From Eledone cirrhosa (taxonomy: Eukaryota), in the NCBI GenBank assembly GCA_964016885.1, contig OZ024743.1:202492001-202556000 (forward strand): a stretch of DNA of 64,000 nucleotides, in the 5' to 3' direction. A model generated the notes under the pieces. It was not told the origin of the DNA, did no database searches, and worked only from the letters and a program-made list of their open reading frames with translations. The translations under genes and the position numbers were made by a program. This document shows positions 40,145 to 53,695 of the stretch, piece after piece; position 1 is the stretch's first letter, and each line of letters starts with the position of its first letter.

Positions 40145-41420
40145 TACGTTAGCAATATTAAGTACTCCACGCTTTTGTATATCTCCAATTCCATTCAAGG
40201 GAAAAGCTAGATGATGTAAAACGGAGTATAAATATCAAAATGAAAATCCGAAGGCAAAGTCAAATTACAATCATTTAATCACGACACATGTTTCAATAAG
40301 AGATAGATCGATTGTGAAGCCATCATCGATTATCACTGATCTCATCAGATGAAAATGAATTGTCTTCAAATTCTTGATATGAGGGAGAAAAATAACGATG
40401 TTCTCTCACAGAATTCATTCCCTTATATGAACACACACTAGTCCGAGACTGCTATTAACTTCAGTTGAGGTCATAAAAGTTGTCAGATTTCTATTGCTGC
40501 AAAAGACACTGGACATCAATCAAATCTGTAGGGATATAGTTAATGTGAGTGGGTACACACACACTCCACACCCACATACACCGGCTCGAGGTCAAAGAAA
40601 AAAATATATACATATATATACATACATCAACACAGTATCAAACCTGTAGAATTATAAAAGGTCACAGTTAGTGTGGGTGGGTACACACACACACTATCAC
40701 ACACACCGAAGCGATGTTTGGTGCCGTGGAGTAAGATAGTCTAATAGATTTAGTGTTAAGGATTTTGCTGTATCTATGTGAATCTGGAAAGTGCTTATTT
40801 ATTATTCTAAAGAAGGTAGAAGGTAGGTTAGTACTAATTATTAGAGGTGTTAAATAGAGGGTTATACCAAATATATTTTCTATTGCGTGACCGGCTTGAT
40901 TTCGATGTTGTATTTCTATTTTAATTATAATTTCTAGTTCTATGCGTAAATGTGTGTGTGTGTGTGTTTCTGGAGTTTGTGTTATGCGTGTTCGTGTGTG
41001 CTTTGCGGAGGCTTTCATCTATATATTCTACTCTATCTAAGTGGCCTGCCATGTCCAGTGCGGTATTGTAGTACTCTGCATATTCCTCGAAGATTTGTTG
41101 GTTAGACGAGAGGCGGGAGATTCTAGGAGATATGCTGCGCGGAACGGATTTAATTATCGATAGTGGGTGGTTCGAATTACAGTTGATGTATGCTAAATTT
41201 TCATTAATCTTGTGAAAAGGTCTTACAAGTCCTGTATTTAGGTTAAGCGTCTCGTCTAGAAAGTTAACTATTTTAGTGCTATATTCATACGTTATGCTAA
41301 GGCCCAGTTTGCCGATAGTCTTTCTAATATTCTTACGCAGTCTTTCTATGCTCTGGTTATTTAGGTTCTTAACTAGGAGATGTGCGTCGTCTCTGTAGAT
41401 TCCACTGTGAAGGTCGCTAA
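40145..41420 (-). mobile_element. Deleted Naiad-type PLE fragment with downstream pLTR and hammerhead (40271-40358)
   Basis: GIYRDDA, IVNFLDETLNL, SNHP..I and FFRIINKHFP..HRYSKILN..IRLSYSTAPN; frameshifted, GIY-YIG missing. Confidence 0.85.
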
Positions 41421-41658
41421 CTGAGATGGAGGATCTGTGGTTTTTCTCACAGATGTGAGAAAAACCACAGACCCTTTGTCTCACTCTACTTTTGAAAAGC
41501 AGAAGAAATGCGAAACCAGTAAAGGAGCCAAATAAATATATATATTTTTAAAAAATAATAAGACTCCAGTTGCATTTTCGATTGCATCTTTTTTTCTTTA
41601 TACTTTCACTCGTGTAGGACACCTCAGTTATTTTTCATTTTGTAAAAAAAGCTCACTT

Positions 41659-41662
<4 letters not shown>
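41420..41662 (+). mobile_element. pLTR-type repeat with U3-A8 hammerhead (41484-41527)
   Basis: Inverted homolog of 24560-24800. CTT-TTGAAAA-GCA..TGC-GAAA-CCAG-TA-AAG. Confidence 0.7.
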
Positions 41663-41712
<50 letters not shown>

Positions 41713-42039
41713 GATATTAATAAATGGAAACTATATTTATAAAACCATATTTATTTCATTATACATATTTCAGGGATACCAAATTAAATTATGGTATGCC
41801 TTCATCAGACAAAATACAATATATAACAGTTTTACAAATAAGCTTTGACGTACCCTTTTAAAATGCAACCATTATATTTGGAAGCCATCTGGATAGTGAA
41901 TTGTTTATATTATTTTAATAAGTCTTAGTGTTAAGGACAATTAGAAAAAGACGGAGAGAAAGAAAAAAGACGGAGAGAGAGAAAAAAGAAAAAGAAAAAA
42001 AAATGTTAATTACCTTAATTTTTTAATTTTTTAATTACC

Positions 42040-43115
42040 TTAATCTAAAAGTAGAAATAGAGAATAACCATAAAATAGTCAATTTTCTTGATGTAACACT
42101 AAATCTCAACACATGTCTTCATTATCCAATTCACAAACTAAATGAGAACTTGAATTATGTTAATTTTAACTCTAATCACCCAAGATCTGTTAAAAATACT
42201 ATAGTGAACTCTGTTCAAGAACGAATTTCAAGAATTTCATCTAATAAAAATATATTTGATGAAAAAGCGCAGTATTACAACGAAGCGTTAGGTAGAGCTG
42301 GATATAGAAATAAAATTAAATACATCGATAATAATAATAATAAGCAAACTAACCAAAATAATAACAATTTTAATTATGGTAACAACTTTAACAACTATAA
42401 TAGAAAACATTACAATAATTCCAAAAGCCGAAAAAGAAATAGAACTAGAAATATATTATGGTTTGCTCCCCCTTTCTCACTAAATATTAAAACCCTTATT
42501 GCTAAACTATTCTTTAAAGCTCTTGACAAACGCTTCCCTAGAACACATAAATATTACTCAATTTTTAATAGACATACTATAAAATTAACTTACTCGTCCA
42601 CCAAATATTTAGCACAAAATATTAATAGAATTAATAATAGAAGCTTAAAACCTAACCAAAATACCAATAATAACCCAAGCAATATTCAATTGAATAACTG
42701 TAACTGTAGAAATAAATCTAACTGTCCGTTAAATAACAACTGCTTAGCTAAAAATGTAGTGTACAATTGTATTGTTAAATTCATTTAACTATGTCGGTTC
42801 TACCTCTACAGAATTTAAATTTCGCTCCAATAATCATAAATATTCTTTCACAGATCCAAACAAAAAATCTTCAACTTCGCTATCTAGCCTACTATGGGAC
42901 CTTAAACGAGATAATGTTAAATATTCGATGACTTGGAATATTATTTCATAAGCTACTCCTTTTAATTCCTCTTCAGAAAATTGTGATCTTTGTATTGAAG
43001 AAATATTCTTTATATTAAAGCCAAAAATTCCCTTAATTTAAGCAATAATTTATTCAGTTGCTGCAGACATAGATTGAACTCAACGTTTAAATATAAATAT
43101 AAATTTAAAATGTAG
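42040..43115 (+). pseudogene. PLE RT-thumb/GIY-YIG pseudo-ORF
   Basis: IVNFLDVTLNL, SNHP, WFAPPFS, CNCRNKSNCPLNNNC, YVGST, CDLCIEE and CRH, with frameshifts and stops. Confidence 0.88.
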
Positions 43116-43440
43116 TATAAGTAATTAAGTAATTTAGTTAATATATAAAACCTGTCGATAAATCATTAGATTATTTCACCCTTTTCTTTTTAAATTTTCT
43201 TCCTAAATGTAAACATAGATATAATAAACTACTCTAAAATGTTTATACTTCCAATGTCTTAAATAAAATATACGTAAGATAAATTTCTATACTAAATATA
43301 AGGATATCTGTAGAATCCTTGGTTTTTTTTTTTAAATTTAAATTTTTAAATTTTTAAATTTTTAAATTTTTTAATTTTTAAATTTTTTAAACTTTTTTAA
43401 AATTTTTAAATTTTTAAATTATATTGATATAATATTTATT

Positions 43441-43882
43441 TAACTTTTATTTTTATTTTTATTTTTATTTTTATTTTTATTTTTATTTTTATTTTTATTT
43501 TTATTTTTATTTTTATTTTTATTTTTATTTTTATTTTTATTTTTATTTTTATTTTTATTTTTATTTTTATTTTTATTTTTATTTTTATTTTTATTTTTAT
43601 TTTTATTTTTATTTTTATTTTTATTTTTATTTTTATTTTTATTTTTATTTTTATTTTTATTTTTATTTTTATTTTTATTTTTATTTTTATTTTTATTTTT
43701 ATTTTTATTTTTATTTTTACTTTTATTTTTATTTTTATTTTTATTTTTATTTTTATTTTTATTTTTATTTTTATTTTTATTTTTATTTTTATTTTTATTT
43801 TTATTTTTATTTTTATTTTTATTTTTATTTTTATTTTTATTTTTATTTTTATTTTTATTTTTATTTATATTTTTATTTTTAT
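43441..43882. repeat. (TTTTTA)n hexamer tract inside the PLE 3' region
   Basis: About 70 near-perfect units; gives the spurious poly-NK ORF. Confidence 0.97.
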
Positions 43883-44620
43883 TAGGTTTGTTTTGATTCT
43901 GATAGCTTCTCATAATTTTCATAAGTCTACCCTTTCAATATCTTGATTAAAATATACGTAGGATAAATTGCTATACTAAATATATGAAACATATTATTTT
44001 AACTTAAGATACTCTATAGTGTTTTTAAAGATATTTAATGTGTTGATATCTCTAGAATTCGTTTGTCCTTTAGACTATACTGATATAATTGGATTTCCAA
44101 AATATAATCCTTTGGTATTTTAAATTTATATTGTTATAATTATATTTCCAAAGTATAATCCTTTAGTAATATATTGATATTTGATTATTTCTATACAGAT
44201 GTGTATGTGTGCATTAACATGCATATAAAAGTGTTATAGGTTTTTTTATGATTGTATATATGTCTCTATGTGTACATGAGGGATGCGGGTCTAACAATTG
44301 GTTAAGACGCACGCAAATATTTATTTATACATATGTATGTGTATATATATATATGTATATGTATGTGTGTGGGTGAGGGTTATGTCTGTGCATGCCTACC
44401 CACGCAGTTTTGATTGCAGATATGCATAATTTTAACAGAATGTTAAATACATGAATGGTAATTGTATATATGAAGGCATGAATGTTAATCGTATATATTT
44501 ATGTATATATACTGTGAACTTTTTATAACACCAGGGATGTATAGCAGTGATTAAGAGAATCATTTGCGTTTTGTATGTCTATATTGTAGACCTGAGTAGA
44601 TATAATTTCTATTTTCAGGA

Positions 44621-44673
<53 letters not shown>

Positions 44674-45461
44674 CTATCTTTGCCGTAAGATAGTGGTTCC
44701 TCAAATTTTAGTATATTGATCTCAAGTTTTAAACTAAACATATAATCATTATTAAACAATGTTTAATTTCTCATATATAATTATGTCCCATTCATGAATA
44801 TTAATTTTCATATTTTTATTATTCATTTCATATAAATTGTTAACTCAACTTAATATGACATGACGTAAAGTTTTCATTATCTCCCAGTCTCTCTATATAT
44901 TATTTCTCTCTCTTGAGTTTTTCTATCTGTCTGATGACTTGATATCTCTCTGTTGCTTTCCTCTGTTTTTCTTATTTCTTCATTTGTTCTTTTTTCTTTA
45001 TACTTTCTTTCCTCCTGTCTTTATTTATCTCTCTCTTTTTTCTCCATGCATTTCTCTCTCTCCGATATTTCTCCACGATTTTTCTTTTTCTTTTTTCTCT
45101 CTCTCCGTCTTTTTTCTTTCTCTCCGTCTTTTTCTAATTGTCCTTAACACTAAGACTTATTAAAATAATATAAACAATTCACTATCCAGATGGCTTCCAA
45201 ATATAATGGTTGCATTTTAAAAGGGTACGTCAAAGCTTATTTGTAAAACTGTTATATATTGTATTTTGTGTGATGAAGGCATACCATAATTTAATTTGGT
45301 ATCCCTGAAATATGTATAATGAAATAAATATGGTTTTATAAATATAGTTTCCATTTATTAATATCGTATATCTACTCCAAATACTTGTCGAGTGCTTTAT
45401 ATCAGTTATAAAAATATTTACTTGTTGTATCCCAACAATTTTAAATAGAACTTTTGCATAC

Positions 45462-45517
<56 letters not shown>

Positions 45518-45617
45518 ATGCTTTGGTAGGGTTATATTGCCAATAAGAAACACACGCACCAGTTGCTTTCACTTCAATTTATTATACATTATCACAATTT
45601 ATTACAAATTCAGAAAC

Positions 45618-45796
<179 letters not shown>

Positions 45797-45797
45797 C

Positions 45798-46240
45798 TAG
45801 GGCGGGCAAGATTCCCGAGATCTATGGACGAGTTCTCTCCAGCGGGCTATGTCCCTCATTATCGCTGCCATGTCCTGCGTCTCGAACAGACCAGTGTCTG
45901 TCCTTAGGGCATCCACATACGTTAACCTTGGTCTTCCTCTTCCAGTGTATCCATGCAGGGGTTCCGGCAGGAGCACTCAGTGCAGTGTCAACTCTGGATG
46001 TCGGTAAGCATGTCCAGCTAACTTCAGTCTCCTCTGTGTCACTTTTGAGCTGACTTTTGGGAGGCTCACATACAGATCGGAGTTTTTCATCCTCAGTGTA
46101 TACTGATTAATGTTCAGAGCCATACTCAGCATTCTGAAGCACCCATCCACCATCTGAGTGAGTTTCTTGGTCAGTGTCCAAGTCTCAGACCCGTACAGCA
46201 CCACATACCCCACTACAGCAATTAAGAGGCGCATCTTCAG
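45798..46240 (-). mobile_element. 3' fragment of an RTE/RTE-X-like LINE
   Basis: VLYGSETWTLTKKL...RMLSMALNI...[12 protein letters not shown]. Confidence 0.8.
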
Positions 46241-46301
46241 GTCTTCATTAGAAATAGCCGTCGAAACGGTATGAACTCTGCCGTCGGGGTCATACTTTTT
46301 C

Positions 46302-46348
<47 letters not shown>

Positions 46349-47717
46349 CTTACACAAATACACACATATATATAATATATATAAAAAAATATATATATAT
46401 AAAAGAAATGTGAGTATAAAACTTTTATTATTTTCACTAAATACATATTTCTGACAACCTTCAGTTTTGAAACCTATAACTTTTTACTCTTTTTGTTTTT
46501 CAATGACTTTTAATAAATAACAATTTTGGATGTCGAAAATTTAAACCTCAGACATTATGTCACCATTGTGCGTTTTTGGCATTTTCATCTGTCGGTATCT
46601 CACTGCATTTCAACTGTCAGCATTTTATTGAAAAGCATTCTCATTACATGCATTTAGTTTCGCGAAGAAGAATTTAGTCTCACGTGTCAATAAAAAAAGG
46701 TTCTTCGGTCTCAACTTTGATGTTTCAACAGGGGTTCGATGTTTGTGCATTTATTTGCCTACTAATCAGCTATTTGTTTTTAAGTATTGGCCATATAGCT
46801 TATTTTATGGTTATCTCTTCACATGGTGTTCTTTTTGTAATACCATTGGAGGCTTTATTTTGTAACCAATTTCTTTGTTGTTGTGTTCTTAGTATATATA
46901 TATTTTCTTTGTTTGCTTTCTTGAACCTAACATGGTTGATTCGCGTATATAACTGGTTCATGTATTATATATTATTGAAATCAAAGAAACATGAAAATAA
47001 AGTTGACCAGCGGCGTAGATTCTTTTTTTTTTTATTTCAACTCAGATGTTTTAACATATTCTCAAAACTAAATAATCTACGTCTCTCGACCCCCGTCTAC
47101 ATATTCTACAATATACAATCTTTCACAAAAATACATAAAAGTAAATACCAAAAATCAATCAAACAAATGAAAGATTCAAAACATTACCAAAATCAAATAT
47201 ATAATCTTAATATATAATTGAGTACAACATCTAAACAGTGAAATATATGTATAAATAGAAAGATAACAATGAGCACCGCATCAGAGAAAATATATCTAAT
47301 ATACAAAAAGACATAAAACGCAAATAATACAAAATAAGCACTAAATAAACAAGCAAATAATATGTTTAGGTGGAAAAGTATTGCCTTCGTTTTCAATTTG
47401 AACAATAATGCAAACCACAGATTGGTTTCCAGTTCCAAGCACGTGAAACTATTGATTCTTGGGCCATTATCAATTGAAGTGCTTAAATGCAGAAAATAAT
47501 CAGATTTATATCAATGCTGAGCCAGTTTTTATTTTTGCCCTATTTCTTTAACATTTCTTTTTATGTTTGCTGCTAATATTTTTGTTGTTGTTGTTATTGT
47601 TGTTGTGATGTATGTTTTATTTTTATTTCAATACATTTTAGAAACACGAAAACATTTAAACAATGGAAATAAAAAAAAACAGTATAGAATCAACTAAACT
47701 GAGGATTAAATAATAAT

Positions 47718-47795
<78 letters not shown>

Positions 47796-48089
47796 TATTA
47801 TTATTATTATTATTATAATGATGATGATGATGATAATAATAATAATAATACCGATGATTAAAATGCAGAGGAAGATGACGCTGATGAAAATGATGGTGTG
47901 GATGAGGATGGGGGTAGAAGGAGAGGGGTGATGATGATGATGATTATAAAATAATGAAAAGATGTAACAATGATCCATTGAACAAAGTTTGAGTGCAAGG
48001 TAAATGTTTCCGTTAGGAAAGTTAAACTTTTTGATTAAATTATTGTTACGTGGGTCTGCCAGTAAAGTGAGTCACAATTGGATTATTAT

Positions 48090-48658
48090 TGTTCTTTGAG
48101 TCTCAGTCATTGATGTTAGTTAACTGGAAAGTTTGTTGAAATGAATATCAAGTCACTACCTGCAGCCTCAGATATTCAGGACGTATCGGAGGGTTCTTGC
48201 TGTTCCCAGCAAGCATGCCTTTTAATGTGTTCCAAAAAGCGGGGCGGGGCCAATTTTCTTTAACCATCCTTGGAAACTCTTTGAGATAGTACCTAGTGCG
48301 CCTATGACAATAGGGACCACTTGACTTCATGGCAGTTCCAAAACCTTTTTACTTCCCAATTTAAGTCCTGGTATCGGTTAATTTTCTCCATCTCCTTCTC
48401 TTGCACTCTCGTGTCGAATGGGCAAGCCACATCCACAATCAGGCACGATCTTTTTTCCTTGTCGAAAAACACCAGGTCAGGTCTATTGTGTTCCAGTTTC
48501 TTGTCCGTCGCTATCCTAAAATCAAATAGCACCGTCACCTGATCGTTTTCTATCACCGACTCTGGCTTATGCTCATACCACTTCTCAGAATGTGGTAAAT
48601 TGTTTACTTGGGATAGGTGCCAGTGGATCACCTTGCCCATCACATCATGTTTCCAGCC
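48090..48658 (-). mobile_element. 5'-truncated R4/Dong-type RLE LINE (family B)
   Basis: HDVMGKVIHW, WYEHKP, HNRPDLV, IVDVACP and KINRYQDL; TAA repeats at both ends; the 3' UTR recurs at about 52036-52113. Confidence 0.85.
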
Positions 48659-48679
48659 TATTATTATTATTATTATTAT

Positions 48680-49001
48680 GCTGAAAGGTGGGTGAATGTG
48701 GCGAGAATAGCCCGTGAGAGTGGGCCTACTCTGATCATGCGACTGTAAGTAGCTAAATTTGAGGAGGAGAGGGGGTGCCCTTCCAGGGTGCTCTCGATTC
48801 GTCGGGTTGTTCAAAATTGGTGGGGTACCTGAGCGATCCCTGGGTGGTCATCCCCCCTATTGGTGAATTTTTTCTTGTAATTTTATTGTTAACTTGTTAT
48901 TGTGATTCATATCGTTTACTCGATTTTTCTGTAAAACCCCACTGTCCCAGTCTTTTGTATTGTCTCCTATATGTCGGCCCTTGTGGGCAAGAAATGAAAT
49001 C
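48680..49001 (+). mobile_element. Short 3' fragment of the (ATT)n-targeting Tx1 family
   Basis: Homologous to 51667-52010; ends GAAATGAAATC followed by (ATT)n and is preceded by (TTA)n. Confidence 0.88.
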
Positions 49002-49584
49002 ATTATTATTATTATTATTATTATTGGCGACCAACGAACTAAATCGTATCATCGTGAGCTCCGCAAATGTTTGTTATTTTCAGTTGTTTAAAATTGCCAT
49101 TTATGGACATTTTCTATTGTTAACTGTATATAAGTGCACATACATTGATTTCTGAAAAGGACACTCAAAAATATTGGGGCCTTGGGGCCAAAATTTAAAC
49201 TTTTTATAATTATCAAACAAAAAAATTTCTTTGAAAAATCATGGAAGACTCAGAGTCAATCCTTCCTCACAAACTAACACCTCACACCGACATCACCATC
49301 GTAAATATTACTACGTTTGCCTACACAAAAAATTTAAGCAGTAGCAATATTTTAAATTTGTCTCAGGCAGACATTCATTTCCCGCCATTACCAATGACTG
49401 CAGGTGTTAAAGCCGCCACCACCACCACCACCACAGCGACAACAGAAACAAAAGAAAAAAATAAATTAACTCGTGATATCGAAATGAATTCAACCAAAAT
49501 GAACTCTTCCACACAGAACACCACTGACGCCACCACCACCACAACTGAAACTAATTATTGTTATTATTATTATTATTATTATTA

Positions 49585-50219
49585 CAGTTGGATTTATCTT
49601 GCCTTATGTTCATACGAGTTATCACCAAGTCACAACCAGTGACCTCAAGAGACAACAAGGTCCGCCATGTTCAAGGAAGAACATACATACTCACACATGC
49701 ATCTTTAGTGTTTAGACTTGTGATGTACTTATATTGACAGAATCTTCCTTAGTATATGGGCAGTTCCCATTAGTACTATCTTTTGTATTTCTCCTATACG
49801 CGGGTTTCCTGGGATTTGCGATAAGTAATCATTAGACCCCTTAGATATCATTCCCAGAGTGCCTACAACCACTGGTATTGTTTTAGTTCTCAATTTCCAC
49901 ATTTTTCCAATTTCTATCTCCAAGTCCTTATACTTGCTCAATTTTTCAAATGTTTTTATAGATACATTCTTATCTATTGGAACATACATATCAATTAGCA
50001 GGCATACCCTCTTTTTAAAGTCCTTCAATATTATATCAGGTCTATTTGCATCTATTTTTCGGTCTGTTCGGATGCTAAAGTTCCACAAGATTGAGATGTG
50101 ATCTTTTTCAAGTATGGGAGGTGGTTGATGCTCCCACCAATTCTTTTGATGGGGCAGGTCAAAATGCTTACACATTATACAATGTATGTATTGTGCAGCT
50201 CTGTCATGACTGTTTAGGT
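49585..50219 (-). mobile_element. 5'-truncated R4/Dong-type RLE LINE (family A)
   Basis: ORF 49729-50175 contains RPDIIL..LLID..K..KY.DL. Near-identical to 62238-62872; (TAA)n tail. Confidence 0.92.
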
Positions 50220-50226
50220 ATTATTA

Positions 50227-52010
50227 GGCTCTCCCGATCGGTCCGTCAAAGGTGCCCTCTCTCTTCCCTTCTGTACGTATTGACTCTCGAGCCTTTACTG
50301 CGGAAGCTGGAGCTGTTGCAGGGCATCCCGCTCGAACTGGGACGTGGAAAGGCTTTGTCGGCTTATGCGGACGACATCACCGTGATGGTGTCGAACACCT
50401 CAGAAATCGAGATGGTCGGCACCTTATTGAAGGAATATGAAAGGTTGACAGGAGCCAAACGTAACCCGGAAAAGTCGGTGGGCTTGCAGCTCGGAACCTG
50501 CAGAGGCAAGCCCATGCCGTCCAACAGCGTCGTGGGGCGTTGGACGGACGGACCAGTAAAGTTGCTCGGGGTTTGGTTCGGACCAGACCTCCAGGTGGAA
50601 AAGAATTGGGACGAGGTAACGAGCAGAGTAGCCAGTCTCACCCAAAAATGGGCTGGGAGGAAGCTATCACTGAAAGGTCGCGCGGAGGTGGCGAATGCGT
50701 ACATCGCGTCCGTCATCTATTACCGCCTAACCGTCGTGCCTTGCCCCCGTCCGCGCCTCGTCAAGTTGGAACGGCTCCTCTTCAAATTCTTGTGGAGGGG
50801 ACAAGTTCCGTTGGTGAGGCGGTCCATCTGCTGCCAGCACCCTCTACGCGGAGGGCTGGGCATGCCGTGGCTAATGATGCGCAGACATGCGTTGAGGCTG
50901 CGACATCTCCAGATATTCTGCCTCAAGGGTGAACAGGTGTGGTCGCCGTTTATCAGACGGGCCTTTCCGCAGCTCATTTCTTTGACTGGGCTGCAGTCCT
51001 GGGTCAAGAAGAGACCGAGATTGGGTGACTGGCACCTGGAATGTTGCCAGTCACTCACTGCCTTCTACCAAGCGGGCAATGCGATCAGTGGAACTTCCAC
51101 TCTCGAGTTCTATAGAGGATTAGTGGTGGGCAAGTGCGATGACGCACTCGGAGAAGCTTTGGGCCTCGACGAAGTCGAACTGACCAGTCTGTACCGGAGG
51201 ACTTTTGAGCCGGGGACGATGGACAATTTCCAGAAATCCCTCGCTTGGCAGTGCTACCGGGGGGCACTGCCGGTTCGGGATAAACTCTACAGGCACGGAA
51301 GTGCTGTCAGACGGACCTGCCCAAGATACGCACAGAACGACGAAACCGTTCTGCACGCACTTGTCCAATGTCCGTGCATTACTGACTTGTGGAGTTATGT
51401 CGAACAGCTACTGTCGCGTGTGGAACGAATCCAGTTATCGGCCGAGTCCATAGTGAAGATCGAGCCGCCACCTTCCTTAGATCAGGAAGAGCAGGACATT
51501 TTCCTCTGTCTGGTGGCAGTTGCGAAAGAGATTATATGGTGGACCAGGTTGAAAGGACTAAAGACAGACACTTTTCTCTTCGGCCAATCCCTCATCAACT
51601 TCTTCAAGTTTCACCTGGAAAGGAGGGTGAGGGTGGAGAGAGAAGTGCTGCCCCCCAGTACATTTGCTAAAAGGTGGGTGAATGTGGCGAGAATGGCTCG
51701 TGTGAATGGGCCTACTCTGACCATGCGCCTATAGGCTGGCTAACTTGAGGAGAGGGGTGCTCTCCTGGGTGCCCTAGAAGCGCAGGGTGGTTCAGGATTG
51801 GTGGGGTACCTGAATCACCCCAGGGTCGTCCACCCCCTATCGGGGAATTTATTTTGTTATATTTTGCATAGTTTATTTTATATTTTATATTTTCATTGTT
51901 AAATTAGTCTTGACATTTTGCACTATTACTCGACCTTATTGTAAACCCCCTCTGTCCCTGTCTTTGTATTGTCCCCTACATGTCGGCCCTTGTGGCTAAT
52001 AAATGAAATC
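50227..52010 (+). mobile_element. 5'-truncated Tx1-clade LINE in (ATT)n; ORF2 RT C-half open to the stop at 51734
   Basis: SVRQRCPLS, AYADD, LSLKGRAEV, GGLGMP and ETVLHALVQC. Clear homolog of the 2794-6099 protein. Ends AATAAATGAAATC followed by (ATT)n. Confidence 0.92.
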
Positions 52011-52139
52011 ATTATTATTATTATTGTTATTGTTATTCCTTGAATCTCAGTCATTGATGTTGGTTAACTGGAAAGTCCGTTGGATTGAATATCAAGCCAC
52101 TACCTGCAGCCTCTATTATTATTATTATTATTATTTAAA

Positions 52140-52144
52140 TTATT

Positions 52145-52175
<31 letters not shown>

Positions 52176-52291
52176 TTATCATCATCATCATCATTGAAAA
52201 TGTCTGAAATCAAAGCAATTTGTACCGTCCTGTATTGTCCTGTACTGTCCTTAATGTCTACTTTATGTGAACCCTTGTGGTTAATAAAGAA

Positions 52292-52325
<34 letters not shown>

Positions 52326-52449
52326 TTATCATCATCATCATCATTGAAAATGTCTGAAATCAAAGCAATTTGTACCGTCCTGTATTGTCCTGTACTGTCC
52401 TTAATGTCTACTTTATGTGAACCCTTGTGGTTAATAAAGAAAACATTAT
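52140..52449 (+). repeat. 150-bp tandem duplication containing a Tx1-like 3' end
   Basis: TCATTGAAAATG at 52191 and 52341. The unit ends CCCTTGTGGTTAATAAAGAAAAC-ATTAT, like the Tx1 3' terminus. Confidence 0.75.
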
Positions 52450-52626
52450 AAGTTGTTGCTATTCTCTTTTCTTACGTCATAATTCTCATACTCTTTCATA
52501 TTCATCATTTCGGTAAATCATTTTTGCCACAAACACAATCATACTTCACATTCACACATACATGCGCCAAACATACACATACTACATACATAGCAATCGC
52601 GCAAAAACATACCAAAAATACAAAGG

Positions 52627-52710
<84 letters not shown>

Positions 52711-53105
52711 ATATCGCTTTTACTCTTCCATCCGTCTCTCCCTTTCTTTTTTGTAACTCATTCATTTGTGCATAAATACATGCATGTACAGACACACACA
52801 CTTACACGCACACACACACATCTAAATGTAGATACATATACTTGTATGCGTAGATCCTTCCATATACACACTTACACACTTCCATGTATACACAGACACA
52901 TCCAAAGATGCATACATTCAAACATACGTACTTCCATCCATCCATACATACATACATAGATACATAGATACATAGATAGGTAGATATATTTCTTTATTTA
53001 GATAGATAGATAGACAGATAGAGAGATAGATAGATACATACATACATACATACATACATACATACATACATACATACATACATACATACATACATACATA
53101 CATAC

Positions 53106-53695
53106 ATGGTGGCTGCCAACTCGTTTTCGAGTACGGCCACTACTTTATATCCATGTAGGAGAACCCCTACCGATGCGCTGAACGAGTGACTTTTTAGTCC
53201 AGCCAGCGACTTGAAAACTCTGGTACAAACACTACACTTGTGACAATTATTAACACATAGTGCTTTGCCTTTGGTACCATGTGACGACAAGTGCAGAGAG
53301 ATCTCCAGATACAAAGCAATGCCTGTGCCGTGAAGCTTTTATAGTGAGCAAAGGCACTGCACAAAGCCAGTCCCACTCTCTTAACCAAGATGATATTTAC
53401 CAAAAAGAAGAACAAGTCAACATCATTGGATACCATCAGGGTTGCAGATGTTATATCAGAGTTTTCCTTCTCCTAGAATTCTGCCTTGACATAGGCTAAG
53501 GGGTCATCTCTCCCAGTGATTTTGGATGGCCATTGACTCTTAAGAGCTCCTTTGCCCTTTGACAGGTTTTGTTTTTAGTCCTGAAGGATGTCCAAAGTCA
53601 CCCTCCTCACCAAGAAACCTTGGTGGGGTTGCCAGTTTAGTCGCCAACGACCCGACCATGAGACAGGTTGTACTGGGATACATGTTACCAGTAGC
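53106..53695 (-). mobile_element. Non-autonomous RTE-derived element in (CATA)n
   Basis: Second copy of 21857-22460; HKCSVCTRVFKSLAGLKSH remnant; (CATA)n on both sides. Confidence 0.75.

Larger units (their letters stand above)
41711..45458 (+). mobile_element. 5'-truncated Naiad-type PLE bounded by about 290-bp inverted pLTR copies
   Basis: 41711-42002 is the inverse of about 45077-45368. HHR at 41752-41816 (-, intact CTGATGA) and 45262-45326 (+, core GTGATGA). ORF remnant lies between them. Confidence 0.88.

Noticed and set aside
34047-43115. Selenocysteine-recoded Naiad ORFs
   Set aside because: The conserved Cys positions visible here (CNC..CP..C, CxLC, CxH) are ordinary Cys codons, not TGA, and no SECIS was recognised.
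50091-50226. N-terminal extension of the 547-aa ORF as a novel fusion protein
   Set aside because: It is antisense R4/Dong sequence that happens to be in frame with the truncated Tx1.
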